Shown here piece by piece: positions 39,591 through 49,927 of a stretch of DNA of 64,000 nt. Location of the stretch: IMG/VR virus record IMGVR_UViG_3300032220_000699, positions 1-64,000 of that record, one strand, 5' to 3'. The notes under the pieces were generated by a model, which was not told the DNA's origin, did no database searches, and was given only the letters and a program-made list of their open reading frames with translations. The stretch's first letter is position 1; each line of letters opens with the position of its first letter. The stretch is from a virus. Both the position numbers and the translations under genes were made by a program.

Positions 39591-40811
39591 ATGCACGTCA
39601 AAGAGGCTTTTGATAAGCTATTCGAAGGAGTTCGCTTCGACACTAGCTTTTACAAAAAGATCGTAGTTAACAATATTCAGTTTATTACTAGAAACACAGA
39701 GTTTAAGAATCTGTTTGGTTCTAAACTTATTGGAAATCATCTTGTTAAATACACTATGTATGACAAGGATATTTTCTATGATAATCTGTTCGGCATAACT
39801 GCTTCGGATGTTATTGAAACAATTGATAAGATTACTACTATTAACAAGAACTTCAAGATTGCTCGTGATGACGTCAACCTTGTTTGTTTTTATATAGCGC
39901 ATCGTTTCCTTTCGAATAAAGATCTTCCTAAAGAAAAAGCTGAAGAGTATGCTAGAGAGATTCTAGATTACTTTAATTATAGAACATTGGTTCTTATTTC
40001 AAGCAACTACTTTGTTTATCCTATTTCTGAAGAAAAAGCATTAACACTGATTGAACGCTTGAATAACAAATACATTATTAAGAAACTTAAGAACTGGAAT
40101 GAATATTGTCAGTATCGTAGTCAAGAGTATATCGATAGTAAGTTTCGTGATCTGTTAGTTAAGTTTAATCGTGATCCTGAACTTCCTAACGCTATTACTG
40201 ACTTATTTAATAGAACAAAAGACACAATCAAAAATATCTATAGTGAATTTATGGATATGGTTGAAAATGATGACATTATTAAGAGTCGAAAGAATATTAT
40301 CAATGACGTAGAAGGTGCTGAAGTTATTGTTGATAAACTAGATACTCCGGAAAAATACTTTATTAAGATTGAAAATATCTTAGTTGAGAAAAATACTTTT
40401 GTTAAAAAAGACTATATTAATGTTGTAACAGACATTATCAATAGTGTTTCTTATAAACAAGTGGAAGAAACACTAAGTTTAATTTGTGATTATAACTTCT
40501 CTACTCGTGAAAATAATCAAAAGGTTCTTGCTTTTGTTAACAGTGTTCTTGTTAATACAATTGATTACCTGAATAAGAATAATCTTTTCTTACATAATAA
40601 ATCTGACATTATTGATGTCATGAATACTATTGTCGGTAATGTTTTATATGCCCGTGGTACAGATATTGAAATCAATAAGGTAAAAGATCAAGGTGATAAG
40701 TTAATTAAAGAAATTTACAAATCACATAAAAAATACATTACGGATCGCAACATCAAGAATATTCGTAATGCTGTTTATATTTATATTGTATTACGAGCTG
40801 TAATCGATTAA
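39591..40811 (+). CDS. Conserved virion structural protein
   Basis: 406 aa, coupled to the upstream gene; resembles phiKZ-like head/neck proteins (from memory). Confidence 0.65.
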   Translation: MHVKEAFDKLFEGVRFDTSFYKKIVVNNIQFITRNTEFKNLFGSKLIGNHLVKYTMYDKDIFYDNLFGITASDVIETIDKITTINKNFKIARDDVNLVCFYIAHRFLSNKDLPKEKAEEYAREILDYFNYRTLVLISSNYFVYPISEEKALTLIERLNNKYIIKKLKNWNEYCQYRSQEYIDSKFRDLLVKFNRDPELPNAITDLFNRTKDTIKNIYSEFMDMVENDDIIKSRKNIINDVEGAEVIVDKLDTPEKYFIKIENILVEKNTFVKKDYINVVTDIINSVSYKQVEETLSLICDYNFSTRENNQKVLAFVNSVLVNTIDYLNKNNLFLHNKSDIIDVMNTIVGNVLYARGTDIEINKVKDQGDKLIKEIYKSHKKYITDRNIKNIRNAVYIYIVLRAVID

Positions 40812-40815
40812 AAGA

Positions 40816-40844
40816 ACACCAGAGGGGAGTTACCCCTCTGGTGT
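40816..40844. terminator. Terminator between convergent genes
   Basis: 12-bp perfect stem. Confidence 0.8.
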
Positions 40845-40849
40845 CTTAT

Positions 40850-43800
40850 TTATGCTTCTACGCTCTTTCTGGATAGGTTTACACCACCCTTAGGAATAGA
40901 TTTATCAGGCGCTGGCGGAGGAGTCTGTTGAGACTTTCCGGCGGCTAACTGTTTAAATGTATCAGCGTCAAATTTACCATCGATAGATGTAAGAATCTTA
41001 GCGATGAGATTTAACGCATCTAATTGATCTGTCATTAGTTTTTCTGAGTTCTTCGGATTCATAACTGAACTTTGTTGAGGCGCTGGTGCTTGTGCTGGTG
41101 CACTTGCTGGTGACGCTGTATCAACTGTTTTATACAAAGAACCTGATGATGTTTCAGGTTTATAAACGGCTTTATTAAGTTGTGCAACTTGAGATGAGTT
41201 AGAATTATTTTGTTGTTTAGGTGCATCGTTAGACGCAACTGTAATAGAAGGTTGTTTAGAAGTATCAGTAGAAGCAACTGTTGGTTTTGTTTCTGTAGCA
41301 GTAGTGTTACCTGCTGCATTTCCACCTCCACCTGCGGCTGCAATTTTCCCACTAACTTTCTGGACATATCCTTGAACACTAGCATCACCGATACCAGCTT
41401 TATTAGCAGCATAAGCATCACCACTAACAGCATTCTTCATCGGAGTATTTGGATCTTTCTTCAAGAAGTCGATAATCTTTCTTGCACCCGATGCACCGTA
41501 ATGATGTGCTAAGTAAATAGCTGTTGCTTCATCAATACCAGCAGACTGGTAATCTTTAAGACCTGCTAAGTTTTCCTTAGCGTATTCCATCGCCATTAAA
41601 GCATTGTAGTAATTATTATCCGGCTTAGCATCCGGAGGTAGACCATATTTAGGTCCATATTTTTTAACAAGTGCTTTCCATGTACCACCAACAATCTGGA
41701 AAAGACCTGTCGCAGAACTATTCTTGTTCTTAATGCTACCACCTTTACCGCTCGATTCCATTTGAGCGTAAGCTTTCATTGTTGCTTCATTCATTCCGGT
41801 CATCTTAGCTGCTTGTGTTATAGCGGCATCAGGACCAAGTTCAGCATACTTACCAACATCAGTAGCTGGGTTAGCCGGAGCAACATTTTCAGATTTCTCT
41901 AAAGGTTTATTAGAAGAATTAATTGTAGGTTTAGCTTCTGCGTCAGGATTACCACTACCTGTTGCTATGCTTCCAGCACTTCCGCCAGTTGTTGCAGCTT
42001 TAGCGTCAGTATTTGATTGTGTAGCTGTAGGAGAAGCAGCTCCGGTTATCTTTGGCTTATCACCGGGTGTTTCGCCAGGTTTACCACCCATACCAGGTTT
42101 AGGTTCTAAGTTAGGAGCTGGGCTATTCTTAATTGCCTTAGCAGGATCAATAGTTTCTCCACCAGCTTTGTTGTAAACAGAAAGTTGATATTGTACATCA
42201 CGTTTTTTAAGCGTAGAGTTATCTAAAGCACCATAACCGTCACCACCTTTACCAGGAGAAGACTGAATAGCACTAAATCTATAGTTTTGATCTTTCTTAG
42301 CTCTATTTGGGTCAAGAGAAACACCGATAGGTTCGATGTGCCACTTTTCACCACCGATAGGTCTAGTGAAACCATACTTACGCATTAAACCAAGTTTGTC
42401 AAGTTCATCAGCTTCTTTCGAGTTAATGTCAAGAGCCAAACCAAATTCATGTGTAGAATTACCAGGCTTAGCAGCTTTGCCAGGCATCTTAGCATAAAGT
42501 GCTGCTTGATCTTCGTATGATCTAAATGCTTCATTAACAGGAATTGTTTTACCAGTTAATGCGTTATATTCCTTAGCCATACCGGTAAAGAGTTCACGAA
42601 CATTAGGATCAAGATTATATATCTTTTCTTTTGCGAGCTTTGTACTAATACCTTCAAGAGAAGTAGTACCTGGATAAATTTCACCAGAAGCTTTAGTTAA
42701 CTTAGCAGCAGCCTTTGTTTCTGTCTTTTCACCAACACCAGTTTCAGTTTTTCCAGGAGGACTATCAGCTTCACCAGGAGACTGTTCTAAAGGTGGTTGT
42801 TTTGCAGGAGGAGGCGCTGGTTTAGTTTCTTCAGCTTTCTTCTGTTCTGGCTGTTGCTTTTGCGCAACTGCGGATTGCTTTGCTTTATTTTCAGCTTCGA
42901 TCTTCTTAGCCGTGTTAGGATCTTTTTGATTAGCTTGATCTTTACATTGATTAGTGATGTTTGTTAACATAGAGTCAACTTCATCTTTAGTTGAATAAAC
43001 CTTAGGATCATCAAAAGTCGGAACTTCTTGAATATCGTAAATAACCGTAGGAACACTGATACGTGTTACAAAGTTATAAACATCCAGAGGTTTCATCTTG
43101 TCAATTTCGTCAAGATAAATACTGTTATTAACACTATACAATGCTTGCATGAAAGCCTTATAAGCAGGCATAAATCTCTTAACAAACCATGTGTTAAGAA
43201 TCTTATATTTATCCTTTTCTTCGCGTTTTACCTTGAAGATATCTAGGATCTTATCAATATCATCGTTGTTAAGTTTATCTACTGTGACCTTATAGTCTTT
43301 AAACTTAACATAATCTTTCATCATCATTTCAAGATCGAAGACCTTGGAATAATGTTCTTTCTTCACATCGTTGAAACCATACATCAATAATCTTAAACGT
43401 GTTAACTTACCGCCAAGATCATCAGCCACATTGTTTCTTGTGAGATATTTATAAAGTTTATAACCGGCGTAAGCTGCTGTTGCGGCAGCTGCAATCCAGC
43501 CAACAGGACCTGTTGCTAGTGTTAAAGCGGCACGGCCTGCTAATTTTAAAGCTCCGCCAGCCATAGGTAACATAGCTCGGCCAGCGGTCTTAGCACCCTC
43601 CATAGCTACAGTTCCTATGGCTTTTAATCCACCACCAACTAACTTAGATGTTAATTTGGCTATAGTTGAACCAAGGGCTGGAACAAGACTCATCATGGTT
43701 TTGCCTAGGCCTTTAACAACAAAACCACCTAAATAACCAATTGACTTACCAAAGCCCTTTAAAAGAAAACCGCCGAGACCGCCTAGTGCTTTACCAATCA

Positions 43801-44398
43801 AACCACCAACAGCACCAACTGCTCCAAGAATTTTTCCAAGCCAAGAACTTTTTTCTTTCTTTTTGGAATTTTCTTGAACAGCCTTCTTTTCTTCCTCGAT
43901 CTCTTTCTTTCGCCTTTCGGCGCGTTCGTTTGTTTTACTGAACATTTTACTAAATGCAGATTCTTTCTTTTCAGATTTAGCTTCTGCATTAGCATTGTTC
44001 ATTTCTGTCTGGCTCTTTTCCTGCTCTGTTCTAGATTCTTCAGGAGGACTTACACCAGTTTCATTTTCCTTCTTAAATAGATTTGTAAGCTTAGATTGAA
44101 TATCTGTTGCCTTGGCTTTAGCTGTTTCTAAAAAGCCTTTTTGTTTGGATTCTTCTTTAAAGTTTTTAGCCTTTTCTAAAAACTCTTTTCCTTTTCCTTT
44201 TACATTTTCAATACTTGCACCAACGTCAATATTTCTTTTCTTAAGCATTTTATCAAGAGCATTAAAAATATTTTCAGCTCTTTCAATACTCTGTTTAATG
44301 AATATAACAACGTTTGAATCTTTGTGTTTTTTAAACACAGATTTGGTTGCACCTCTAAAGGCTGCATTCAAATCTTCAAATAAGCTTTTCTCAGCCAT
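40850..44398 (-). CDS. Tail-associated peptidoglycan hydrolase (M15 peptidase plus SLT domain); C-half of a gp181-like protein
   Basis: M15B/VanY motifs NEAFRS..Q..AKPG.STHE.GLALD..EKWH (about 42330-42545); SLT motifs AQMES..SATGLFQ..TW..YLAHHYG (about 41470-41815). Confidence 0.85.
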   Translation of the reverse strand: MAEKSLFEDLNAAFRGATKSVFKKHKDSNVVIFIKQSIERAENIFNALDKMLKKRNIDVGASIENVKGKGKEFLEKAKNFKEESKQKGFLETAKAKATDIQSKLTNLFKKENETGVSPPEESRTEQEKSQTEMNNANAEAKSEKKESAFSKMFSKTNERAERRKKEIEEEKKAVQENSKKKEKSSWLGKILGAVGAVGGLIGKALGGLGGFLLKGFGKSIGYLGGFVVKGLGKTMMSLVPALGSTIAKLTSKLVGGGLKAIGTVAMEGAKTAGRAMLPMAGGALKLAGRAALTLATGPVGWIAAAATAAYAGYKLYKYLTRNNVADDLGGKLTRLRLLMYGFNDVKKEHYSKVFDLEMMMKDYVKFKDYKVTVDKLNNDDIDKILDIFKVKREEKDKYKILNTWFVKRFMPAYKAFMQALYSVNNSIYLDEIDKMKPLDVYNFVTRISVPTVIYDIQEVPTFDDPKVYSTKDEVDSMLTNITNQCKDQANQKDPNTAKKIEAENKAKQSAVAQKQQPEQKKAEETKPAPPPAKQPPLEQSPGEADSPPGKTETGVGEKTETKAAAKLTKASGEIYPGTTSLEGISTKLAKEKIYNLDPNVRELFTGMAKEYNALTGKTIPVNEAFRSYEDQAALYAKMPGKAAKPGNSTHEFGLALDINSKEADELDKLGLMRKYGFTRPIGGEKWHIEPIGVSLDPNRAKKDQNYRFSAIQSSPGKGGDGYGALDNSTLKKRDVQYQLSVYNKAGGETIDPAKAIKNSPAPNLEPKPGMGGKPGETPGDKPKITGAASPTATQSNTDAKAATTGGSAGSIATGSGNPDAEAKPTINSSNKPLEKSENVAPANPATDVGKYAELGPDAAITQAAKMTGMNEATMKAYAQMESSGKGGSIKNKNSSATGLFQIVGGTWKALVKKYGPKYGLPPDAKPDNNYYNALMAMEYAKENLAGLKDYQSAGIDEATAIYLAHHYGASGARKIIDFLKKDPNTPMKNAVSGDAYAANKAGIGDASVQGYVQKVSGKIAAAGGGGNAAGNTTATETKPTVASTDTSKQPSITVASNDAPKQQNNSNSSQVAQLNKAVYKPETSSGSLYKTVDTASPASAPAQAPAPQQSSVMNPKNSEKLMTDQLDALNLIAKILTSIDGKFDADTFKQLAAGKSQQTPPPAPDKSIPKGGVNLSRKSVEA

Positions 44399-44417
44399 GG
44401 TAATCCTTTTCAGTAAT

Positions 44418-44452
44418 AAGTGTACTGGGTCAAAAAATGACCCAGTACACTT
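44418..44452 (-). promoter_or_regulatory. Perfect 15-bp inverted repeat containing the ATTTTTTGAC motif
   Basis: AAGTGTACTGGGTCA-AAAAA-TGACCCAGTACACTT between the two tail genes. Confidence 0.7.
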
Positions 44453-44457
44453 TATGT

Positions 44458-47400
44458 TTAAATAGTAGCTGCTTCAGCTGCCTTAACTTCATCCTCAAAT
44501 TCTTTAAGGGTCGCTTTAGCCTTAGCGATAAATGTTCTAAATGGTTGAATAGCTTGTTGGCTAAACTCAGTCATTGTCTGTACATTTGTATCGATATTAG
44601 CTATACCATTTCTACTTTCATGAAGAGTTCCTTTGAATTTCTTCAATAAGGCAATTTCTTTTTTCTTTGCCTGAACCATTGTTTTCGTACCTTCACGCAT
44701 AACACTATCTAGAGAATTCTCACTAACATTTTCTCTAACACTTGCTGCAAGTTCGCTTAGTTTAGCTTCTTCTTCTCGAAGAGTAGCTTCTTCAGCTGCA
44801 ATTAGTGAATCAATTTTTCTAATATAGTTGTCAGCCATTTCTAGCATTTTCTTTTTGGCGTTCTCTTTAACACCAGGACCATCTTTTTTAATTAGGTCAT
44901 CAATTTGTTTTTGTAATCCATTAAGAGACTTAGTCACATTCTTATAAGCTTCTTTAGCTGATTCTTGAGATTGTTCTGAAACAGATTTAAGCATAGATTT
45001 AACAGCACTCTTCATGCCATCGAAACCTTCAGCTTCATTAATATCTTTACTAAACTTTGATCCTATATCAGTAAACTTACTTAAATGTTTACCAAACGCA
45101 CTTTTTTCTGTTATATCAATAATATCTAATTTTGATCTTGCTTCTAAAGCTTTTTTAACAGCTCTACTACCTCGCTTAGAAAGTGCTTTAAGTTCACCAG
45201 CGTCAACTAAAGCTTCATCTTTATTATCTTTACCTAACTTACCTTCAACTAAATTAGTTATACCTAATTGACCTGAATCTTGAAGATCAGAATCATAGTC
45301 GTGAAGTATTTGGAATGTATCTGGATTAAATTCAAAACTATTAAATAAACTTTCATTAACCATTGAAATGAAAAGTGTTATTTGTGAATTTTTATATGTG
45401 TCGTCTTCAGCTTGAATTTGACGACACTGCGGAATAAATACTTCAAGATAAGGGAAACAAACGGACTTATCTTTTTCTGGTATAAAAGCAAAACATGTTG
45501 CATCACATATACTGCTTAAAGTTATTGGTTTATTTCTTCCGTGCATGTAAGCAACTAAAGCTTTAGAAATTAAGTTAGCTGCATCACCCTTTACATTATT
45601 AAGAGTTTTACTACCAACTAATCTGGAAGCTTCTCGGAATAATTCTATCACACCGAGAGTAGGATAAATTCTTCTAGAATCTTTAACTCTTTCATTAAGA
45701 TTAGAATTCTTTTTGGAAAGATTAAGGGATTGCAATGTTTCTACATATTGTTTTAGTTTTGGATTCTTTTCAACAATTGCTTTTAATCCTGGGTCTTTAT
45801 CTATATTTGTAACAACATTGTCATAATTGAAGTCTTTGGCATCTATCTTTGTACTTGCCATAGACATAAATTCTTGAAAGGATTTTTGATTTCCTTTATT
45901 AGAAAGGATTTTATATGCTTCTTTATCTGTCTTTTTATCGACAGAAGATAGAGCTAATGAATTAATATTATCAGCTGCAGAAGTAATCTTCTTAGATTCT
46001 TTACCAGTGTCTTTAAAAACAGCCTGATCTACAGCAGCTTTAAATTCAGCCTTTGTTGAAAGTTTTCTATCAACATAGTTATAGACTTGTTCTTCTTTGT
46101 CAGAAAAGTTTTTAAGTTTACCTAAGTTAACAGTTTTATACATTAATCTTAAATTAGTATTTTCACTTAAGATTTTAGCAAGATACATCGGTATAACTTC
46201 TGTGATACTACGATGAACCTTATTATCAAATATAGCAGGTTTATTATGGTCAAGTATATTTTTCTTCTTAACCTCAAATCTCTGCATGTTAGGATCAGTT
46301 GCGCTTAAGAGTTCATCGGCGCCGCCTAACAATTTACTAGCAAGGAAACGTAACGGTGTTCCTTCATCCTGATAATTTTCTTTAGCTGATTGTGTTTTAC
46401 CACGAAGCATAGAAAAGAAAGTTCTCGGAGAATTAGCCATCATGTTAAGATAGTTTCCACCTGCCTTAACATATTTATTATCTTTGGTCTTAGATCCAAG
46501 TTTATCGCCTAACCAGTTGCCGGCCTTTTCACCAAGAATACCGCCACCCATGCCAGACATAATACCACCGAGTACACGACCACCGCCGCCACTCATTTCA
46601 CCAGCCTGATTAATGCCTGATAAAGCATCAGTGACATTATCAACATTATCTGTTATACTACTAATTTTTTCATTAATAATATTAGTCATTCTCTTCTTTA
46701 CATTCTGCATATACTCAGAATTAGAAAAGAGTTGTTTGTATGTATTTTGAATGAACTGTGTTCTCATTAATTCAGAGACACGTTCAGATGTTTGAAGTTT
46801 AACAAAATCAGGAAGGGCTGTGTTCTTCTTAATTTCTTCAAACTGAATAGAGAAACCTTTGTAATAGTCTCTCATGTCTTTAAGCATATCTGCTTGAACA
46901 AAATAACTCTTGTATTGAAGTTCAAGTGACTTACGATAATATTCTTTACTAATCTGTAAAGTGAAAGCTGTTTGATTAGAAAGATTATTGTCAATACTAG
47001 TAAGAACATCTAGATTGACTTTACTAATTGCTAGATTTTGTTTTCTATCAGCTTGATCTTCTGCACTTCTCTTAGATTCAATAGCCTTGGTAATTTCAAG
47101 TTGCTTATCAAAGATAGAACTAAGATTAGATTGAATATTACCTTCACGAATTTGCTCTTCTGTCTGAGACTTAAATGCCTCAAAATCACTTTCATATTTC
47201 TGTAAAAAATTATCAAGCATCTTGGACTGGAATGGAAGAATCTTCTTAACTTCCTTACCAAGACTATAAAGGCTTTTATTAATTTTACCCTTACTTGCTT
47301 GAAATGTTTCTTTAGCAAAATCAGCATATTCTACTGCTGTATAATAATTATCTTTATAAGAATCCGGGAGTGCTTTCTCAGCAGCTTTTCTGGCGGTTGA

Positions 47401-47586
47401 GTCTAAGAAACCTTGACCAGCTTCTTTTGCCATTTCTTTGGCAATTTCACTAGTTGAAGGTTTTCTAGAAGACATATCAACATCTTCTAATCCTCCAAAA
47501 TCCATACCACCATCTGCTTCGAGATCGTCTAAATCTCCGAAATCTAAATCATTATCTAGATCTTTATTGCCTGACTTCTTCTTCAT
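44458..47586 (-). CDS. Large helical tail protein; probable N-half of a gp181-like (tape-measure-like) protein
   Basis: Acidic DLDFGDLDD start, YYRKSLELQY..KNTALPDFVK motif and Gly-rich segment; ATG at 47586 after AAGGA; lies next to the gp180-like gene. Confidence 0.65.
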   Translation of the reverse strand: MKKKSGNKDLDNDLDFGDLDDLEADGGMDFGGLEDVDMSSRKPSTSEIAKEMAKEAGQGFLDSTARKAAEKALPDSYKDNYYTAVEYADFAKETFQASKGKINKSLYSLGKEVKKILPFQSKMLDNFLQKYESDFEAFKSQTEEQIREGNIQSNLSSIFDKQLEITKAIESKRSAEDQADRKQNLAISKVNLDVLTSIDNNLSNQTAFTLQISKEYYRKSLELQYKSYFVQADMLKDMRDYYKGFSIQFEEIKKNTALPDFVKLQTSERVSELMRTQFIQNTYKQLFSNSEYMQNVKKRMTNIINEKISSITDNVDNVTDALSGINQAGEMSGGGGRVLGGIMSGMGGGILGEKAGNWLGDKLGSKTKDNKYVKAGGNYLNMMANSPRTFFSMLRGKTQSAKENYQDEGTPLRFLASKLLGGADELLSATDPNMQRFEVKKKNILDHNKPAIFDNKVHRSITEVIPMYLAKILSENTNLRLMYKTVNLGKLKNFSDKEEQVYNYVDRKLSTKAEFKAAVDQAVFKDTGKESKKITSAADNINSLALSSVDKKTDKEAYKILSNKGNQKSFQEFMSMASTKIDAKDFNYDNVVTNIDKDPGLKAIVEKNPKLKQYVETLQSLNLSKKNSNLNERVKDSRRIYPTLGVIELFREASRLVGSKTLNNVKGDAANLISKALVAYMHGRNKPITLSSICDATCFAFIPEKDKSVCFPYLEVFIPQCRQIQAEDDTYKNSQITLFISMVNESLFNSFEFNPDTFQILHDYDSDLQDSGQLGITNLVEGKLGKDNKDEALVDAGELKALSKRGSRAVKKALEARSKLDIIDITEKSAFGKHLSKFTDIGSKFSKDINEAEGFDGMKSAVKSMLKSVSEQSQESAKEAYKNVTKSLNGLQKQIDDLIKKDGPGVKENAKKKMLEMADNYIRKIDSLIAAEEATLREEEAKLSELAASVRENVSENSLDSVMREGTKTMVQAKKKEIALLKKFKGTLHESRNGIANIDTNVQTMTEFSQQAIQPFRTFIAKAKATLKEFEDEVKAAEAATI

Positions 47587-47639
47587 GACAATCCTTAATT
47601 TCATTGGTCAAACGATAAAACAAAAAAAGAAAAAAAAAA

Positions 47640-47660
47640 ACACCAGTGGCAAGCTGGTGT
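47640..47660 (-). terminator. Intrinsic terminator
   Basis: ACACCAG stem with a long U-tract on the minus strand. Confidence 0.7.
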
Positions 47661-47671
47661 CCTTTAAACTG

Positions 47672-48121
47672 TTACCTCAGTTTCTTCAAAGCGTAGTTTT
47701 CCCAATACTCACGGTACTTACCACCTTTATCGGCAACAATCTTTTCCAGTTTCTTTTGGACTTCATTCCCACGACGCCACACAGACCCGTCATCAGAATA
47801 GTCATAATGCCAATCGTGGGCGAGACAGATGCGACGAAATTCATCAAACTCGTCGTCACCTGTTGCGAAAGCACGATCAGAAACTTGTTGCAAATGTTCA
47901 CGCTGATTATCAAGAGCTTTCTGAACAGCGTTGTTGATAACCGCACCCATTCGGTACTTCATGGTATGCAGAAAAATGTTGATGAAGTGAATACCACCAT
48001 GTTTGGCTTCAGTAAAGAGCTTATAAAACTCTTCAATATAAGCAAACAACGTATAGTAGCTGTCAGCTTCATGAGGCATCCTGCTTTGATTCATACGAGA
48101 GATAAAAGTATCACGGTCCAT
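47672..48121 (-). CDS. Hypothetical early protein
   Basis: 149 aa, GAGGAG RBS, HDWHYDYSDD..VWRRG motif, early motif at 48191-48205. Confidence 0.7.
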   Translation of the reverse strand: MDRDTFISRMNQSRMPHEADSYYTLFAYIEEFYKLFTEAKHGGIHFINIFLHTMKYRMGAVINNAVQKALDNQREHLQQVSDRAFATGDDEFDEFRRICLAHDWHYDYSDDGSVWRRGNEVQKKLEKIVADKGGKYREYWENYALKKLR

Positions 48122-48257
48122 TTGTACTACTCCTCGGCTCTAGGGATAAGAATTCTTAGCTGAGAGCCATGACTAAGAATTAAGTTCAATAAGTATATAT
48201 GTAACTATAAAAAATTCAAAATGTGGTCATTTTTTGACTGAATAAAAGGATCTAAAT

Positions 48258-49892
48258 ATGGATGCCACATCTTTAAAGAAATTGCCTGTCAACTTAGACT
48301 TACTTATGGTTACAGAGCAAGACAAAGTACGAGTCGGTGAAGTCACCGATATGCAAATTTTTGACAACACAAATAACTTTCACCCTCAAGGATTATTTAG
48401 TACAACTATTTTCGGTAACATCGGAACTGAATTTAGAAATAGAACATTTGGTTATATTGACTTAAAGACAGAAGTTCTTCATCCATTAATCTATTTTGCA
48501 GTTATCTCGTTAAAGGCTTTTTACAAGCAAATACTAGACGGCACAACAACAGCTGAATGGGATGCTAAGACAAAGTCTTTTATTAAATCAAATTCAGACG
48601 AAGCAAGAACTGGTTATACTTTCTTTGTTGAACATATTGAACAACTTGTCTTTGAAAAGAATGAATCAGAAAAACGTTCTTTCTTAATTGATCTATTTAA
48701 TAAAGCGATTAAAGAACAAAAGTATAAGATGCGATATCTTCTTGTTCTTCCTGCTGGTATCCGTGATTATTCTGTTGATGATAACGGTAAACCACAAGAA
48801 GATGAAATTAATAAGTTTTATCGTAAGGTGTTATTCCAGTCAAGTATTATTGATCCTATTATTTCTAAGAAGTCTCCTGAGGTTTATGACAATATTCGTA
48901 ATAGCTTGCAGAAGATTACACTAGATCTATTTGATTATATTAAGAGTTTACTTGAAGGTAAACACAAACTTATTTTAGGTAAGTGGTTAACTCGTAAGAT
49001 CTTTAATTCAACTCGTAATGTTCTTTCCAATCCGATCGAACGTGCTAACAATATTAATGATCCTAATCGATTAGGTTATAATGAATCGTATATTGGTCTT
49101 CATCAATTCTTGAGAGCTATTGCTCCTAAGACTTTATACGAGATCAAAAACACATACATTAAAGATATCTTTATTGAAAATAATAGTTTTGCTTATTTAA
49201 CGAATGTTAAAACACTGAAGCGTGAAGAAGTAATGAACACGCATATTCAGAAAGACTATGACCTATGGACTTCGTTAGAAGGTCTTGAAAAAGTTATTGG
49301 TAACTTTGCTAACTTAGATCTTCGTCATTTACCTATTACATTGAATAAAGGTAAACACTACCTTGGTCTTGTTTATAAGGATGGTAAGTATTTTAAATTC
49401 TTGCAAGATATAGATTCTGTTCCTGAAGGATTTGATAAGTCTAAAGTTACACCTGTCACTATGGCAGAGTTTCTTTACATGTCTATTTATAGTTTATCAG
49501 GTAAGTATCCTGGTCTCATTACTCGTTATCCTATCACTGGTTATGGTTCTATCTATCCTTGTTTCCTTAAACTCAAAACAACCAACACTTCTGAAAGTTT
49601 AGAAGAGCTTGATTTTGAATGGAAACCTACAGGAAGACTTGCATCGTGTTTCCCTATTAGAGATAAAGATTTCTTTAATACAATTGCGGCACATACTTCT
49701 CACTATAAAGCTATGACGGCTGACGTAGACGGTGACGCTCTTTCTATTATTGGCTTGACAACTGATGAAGCTATTCAAGAAGTTCAAGATTACTTAACAA
49801 GGAAGGAATACTACATTTCTTCTGACAATCGTTTCCACTTTAGTATTAGTCAAGACACTATTGACGCAGTACTGAACTATATGACAGCCTAA
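48258..49892 (+). CDS. Virion RNA polymerase beta' N-terminal subunit (phiKZ gp180-like)
   Basis: FHPQGLFS..IFG, FGYIDL, VLPAGIRD, TRYPI and catalytic ADVDGD. Confidence 0.88.
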   Translation: MDATSLKKLPVNLDLLMVTEQDKVRVGEVTDMQIFDNTNNFHPQGLFSTTIFGNIGTEFRNRTFGYIDLKTEVLHPLIYFAVISLKAFYKQILDGTTTAEWDAKTKSFIKSNSDEARTGYTFFVEHIEQLVFEKNESEKRSFLIDLFNKAIKEQKYKMRYLLVLPAGIRDYSVDDNGKPQEDEINKFYRKVLFQSSIIDPIISKKSPEVYDNIRNSLQKITLDLFDYIKSLLEGKHKLILGKWLTRKIFNSTRNVLSNPIERANNINDPNRLGYNESYIGLHQFLRAIAPKTLYEIKNTYIKDIFIENNSFAYLTNVKTLKREEVMNTHIQKDYDLWTSLEGLEKVIGNFANLDLRHLPITLNKGKHYLGLVYKDGKYFKFLQDIDSVPEGFDKSKVTPVTMAEFLYMSIYSLSGKYPGLITRYPITGYGSIYPCFLKLKTTNTSESLEELDFEWKPTGRLASCFPIRDKDFFNTIAAHTSHYKAMTADVDGDALSIIGLTTDEAIQEVQDYLTRKEYYISSDNRFHFSISQDTIDAVLNYMTA

Positions 49893-49923
49893 AGAAGAGA
49901 GAGGGATATCCCTCTCTCTTCTT
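49892..49923. terminator. Terminator between convergent genes
   Basis: Purine/pyrimidine perfect stem of about 14 bp. Confidence 0.8.
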
Positions 49924-49927
49924 ATTT

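Noticed and set aside
44456-44462. TTTAAAC slippery heptamer at the end of the 1042-aa ORF
   Set aside because: It is out of phase for canonical -1 frameshifting (the zero frame reads ATT TAA, not T TTA AAC).
15353-49892. Introns or inteins in the RNAP or terminase genes
   Set aside because: The ORFs are continuous and of expected size; I saw no intein C/S...HN junctions or homing-endonuclease motifs.
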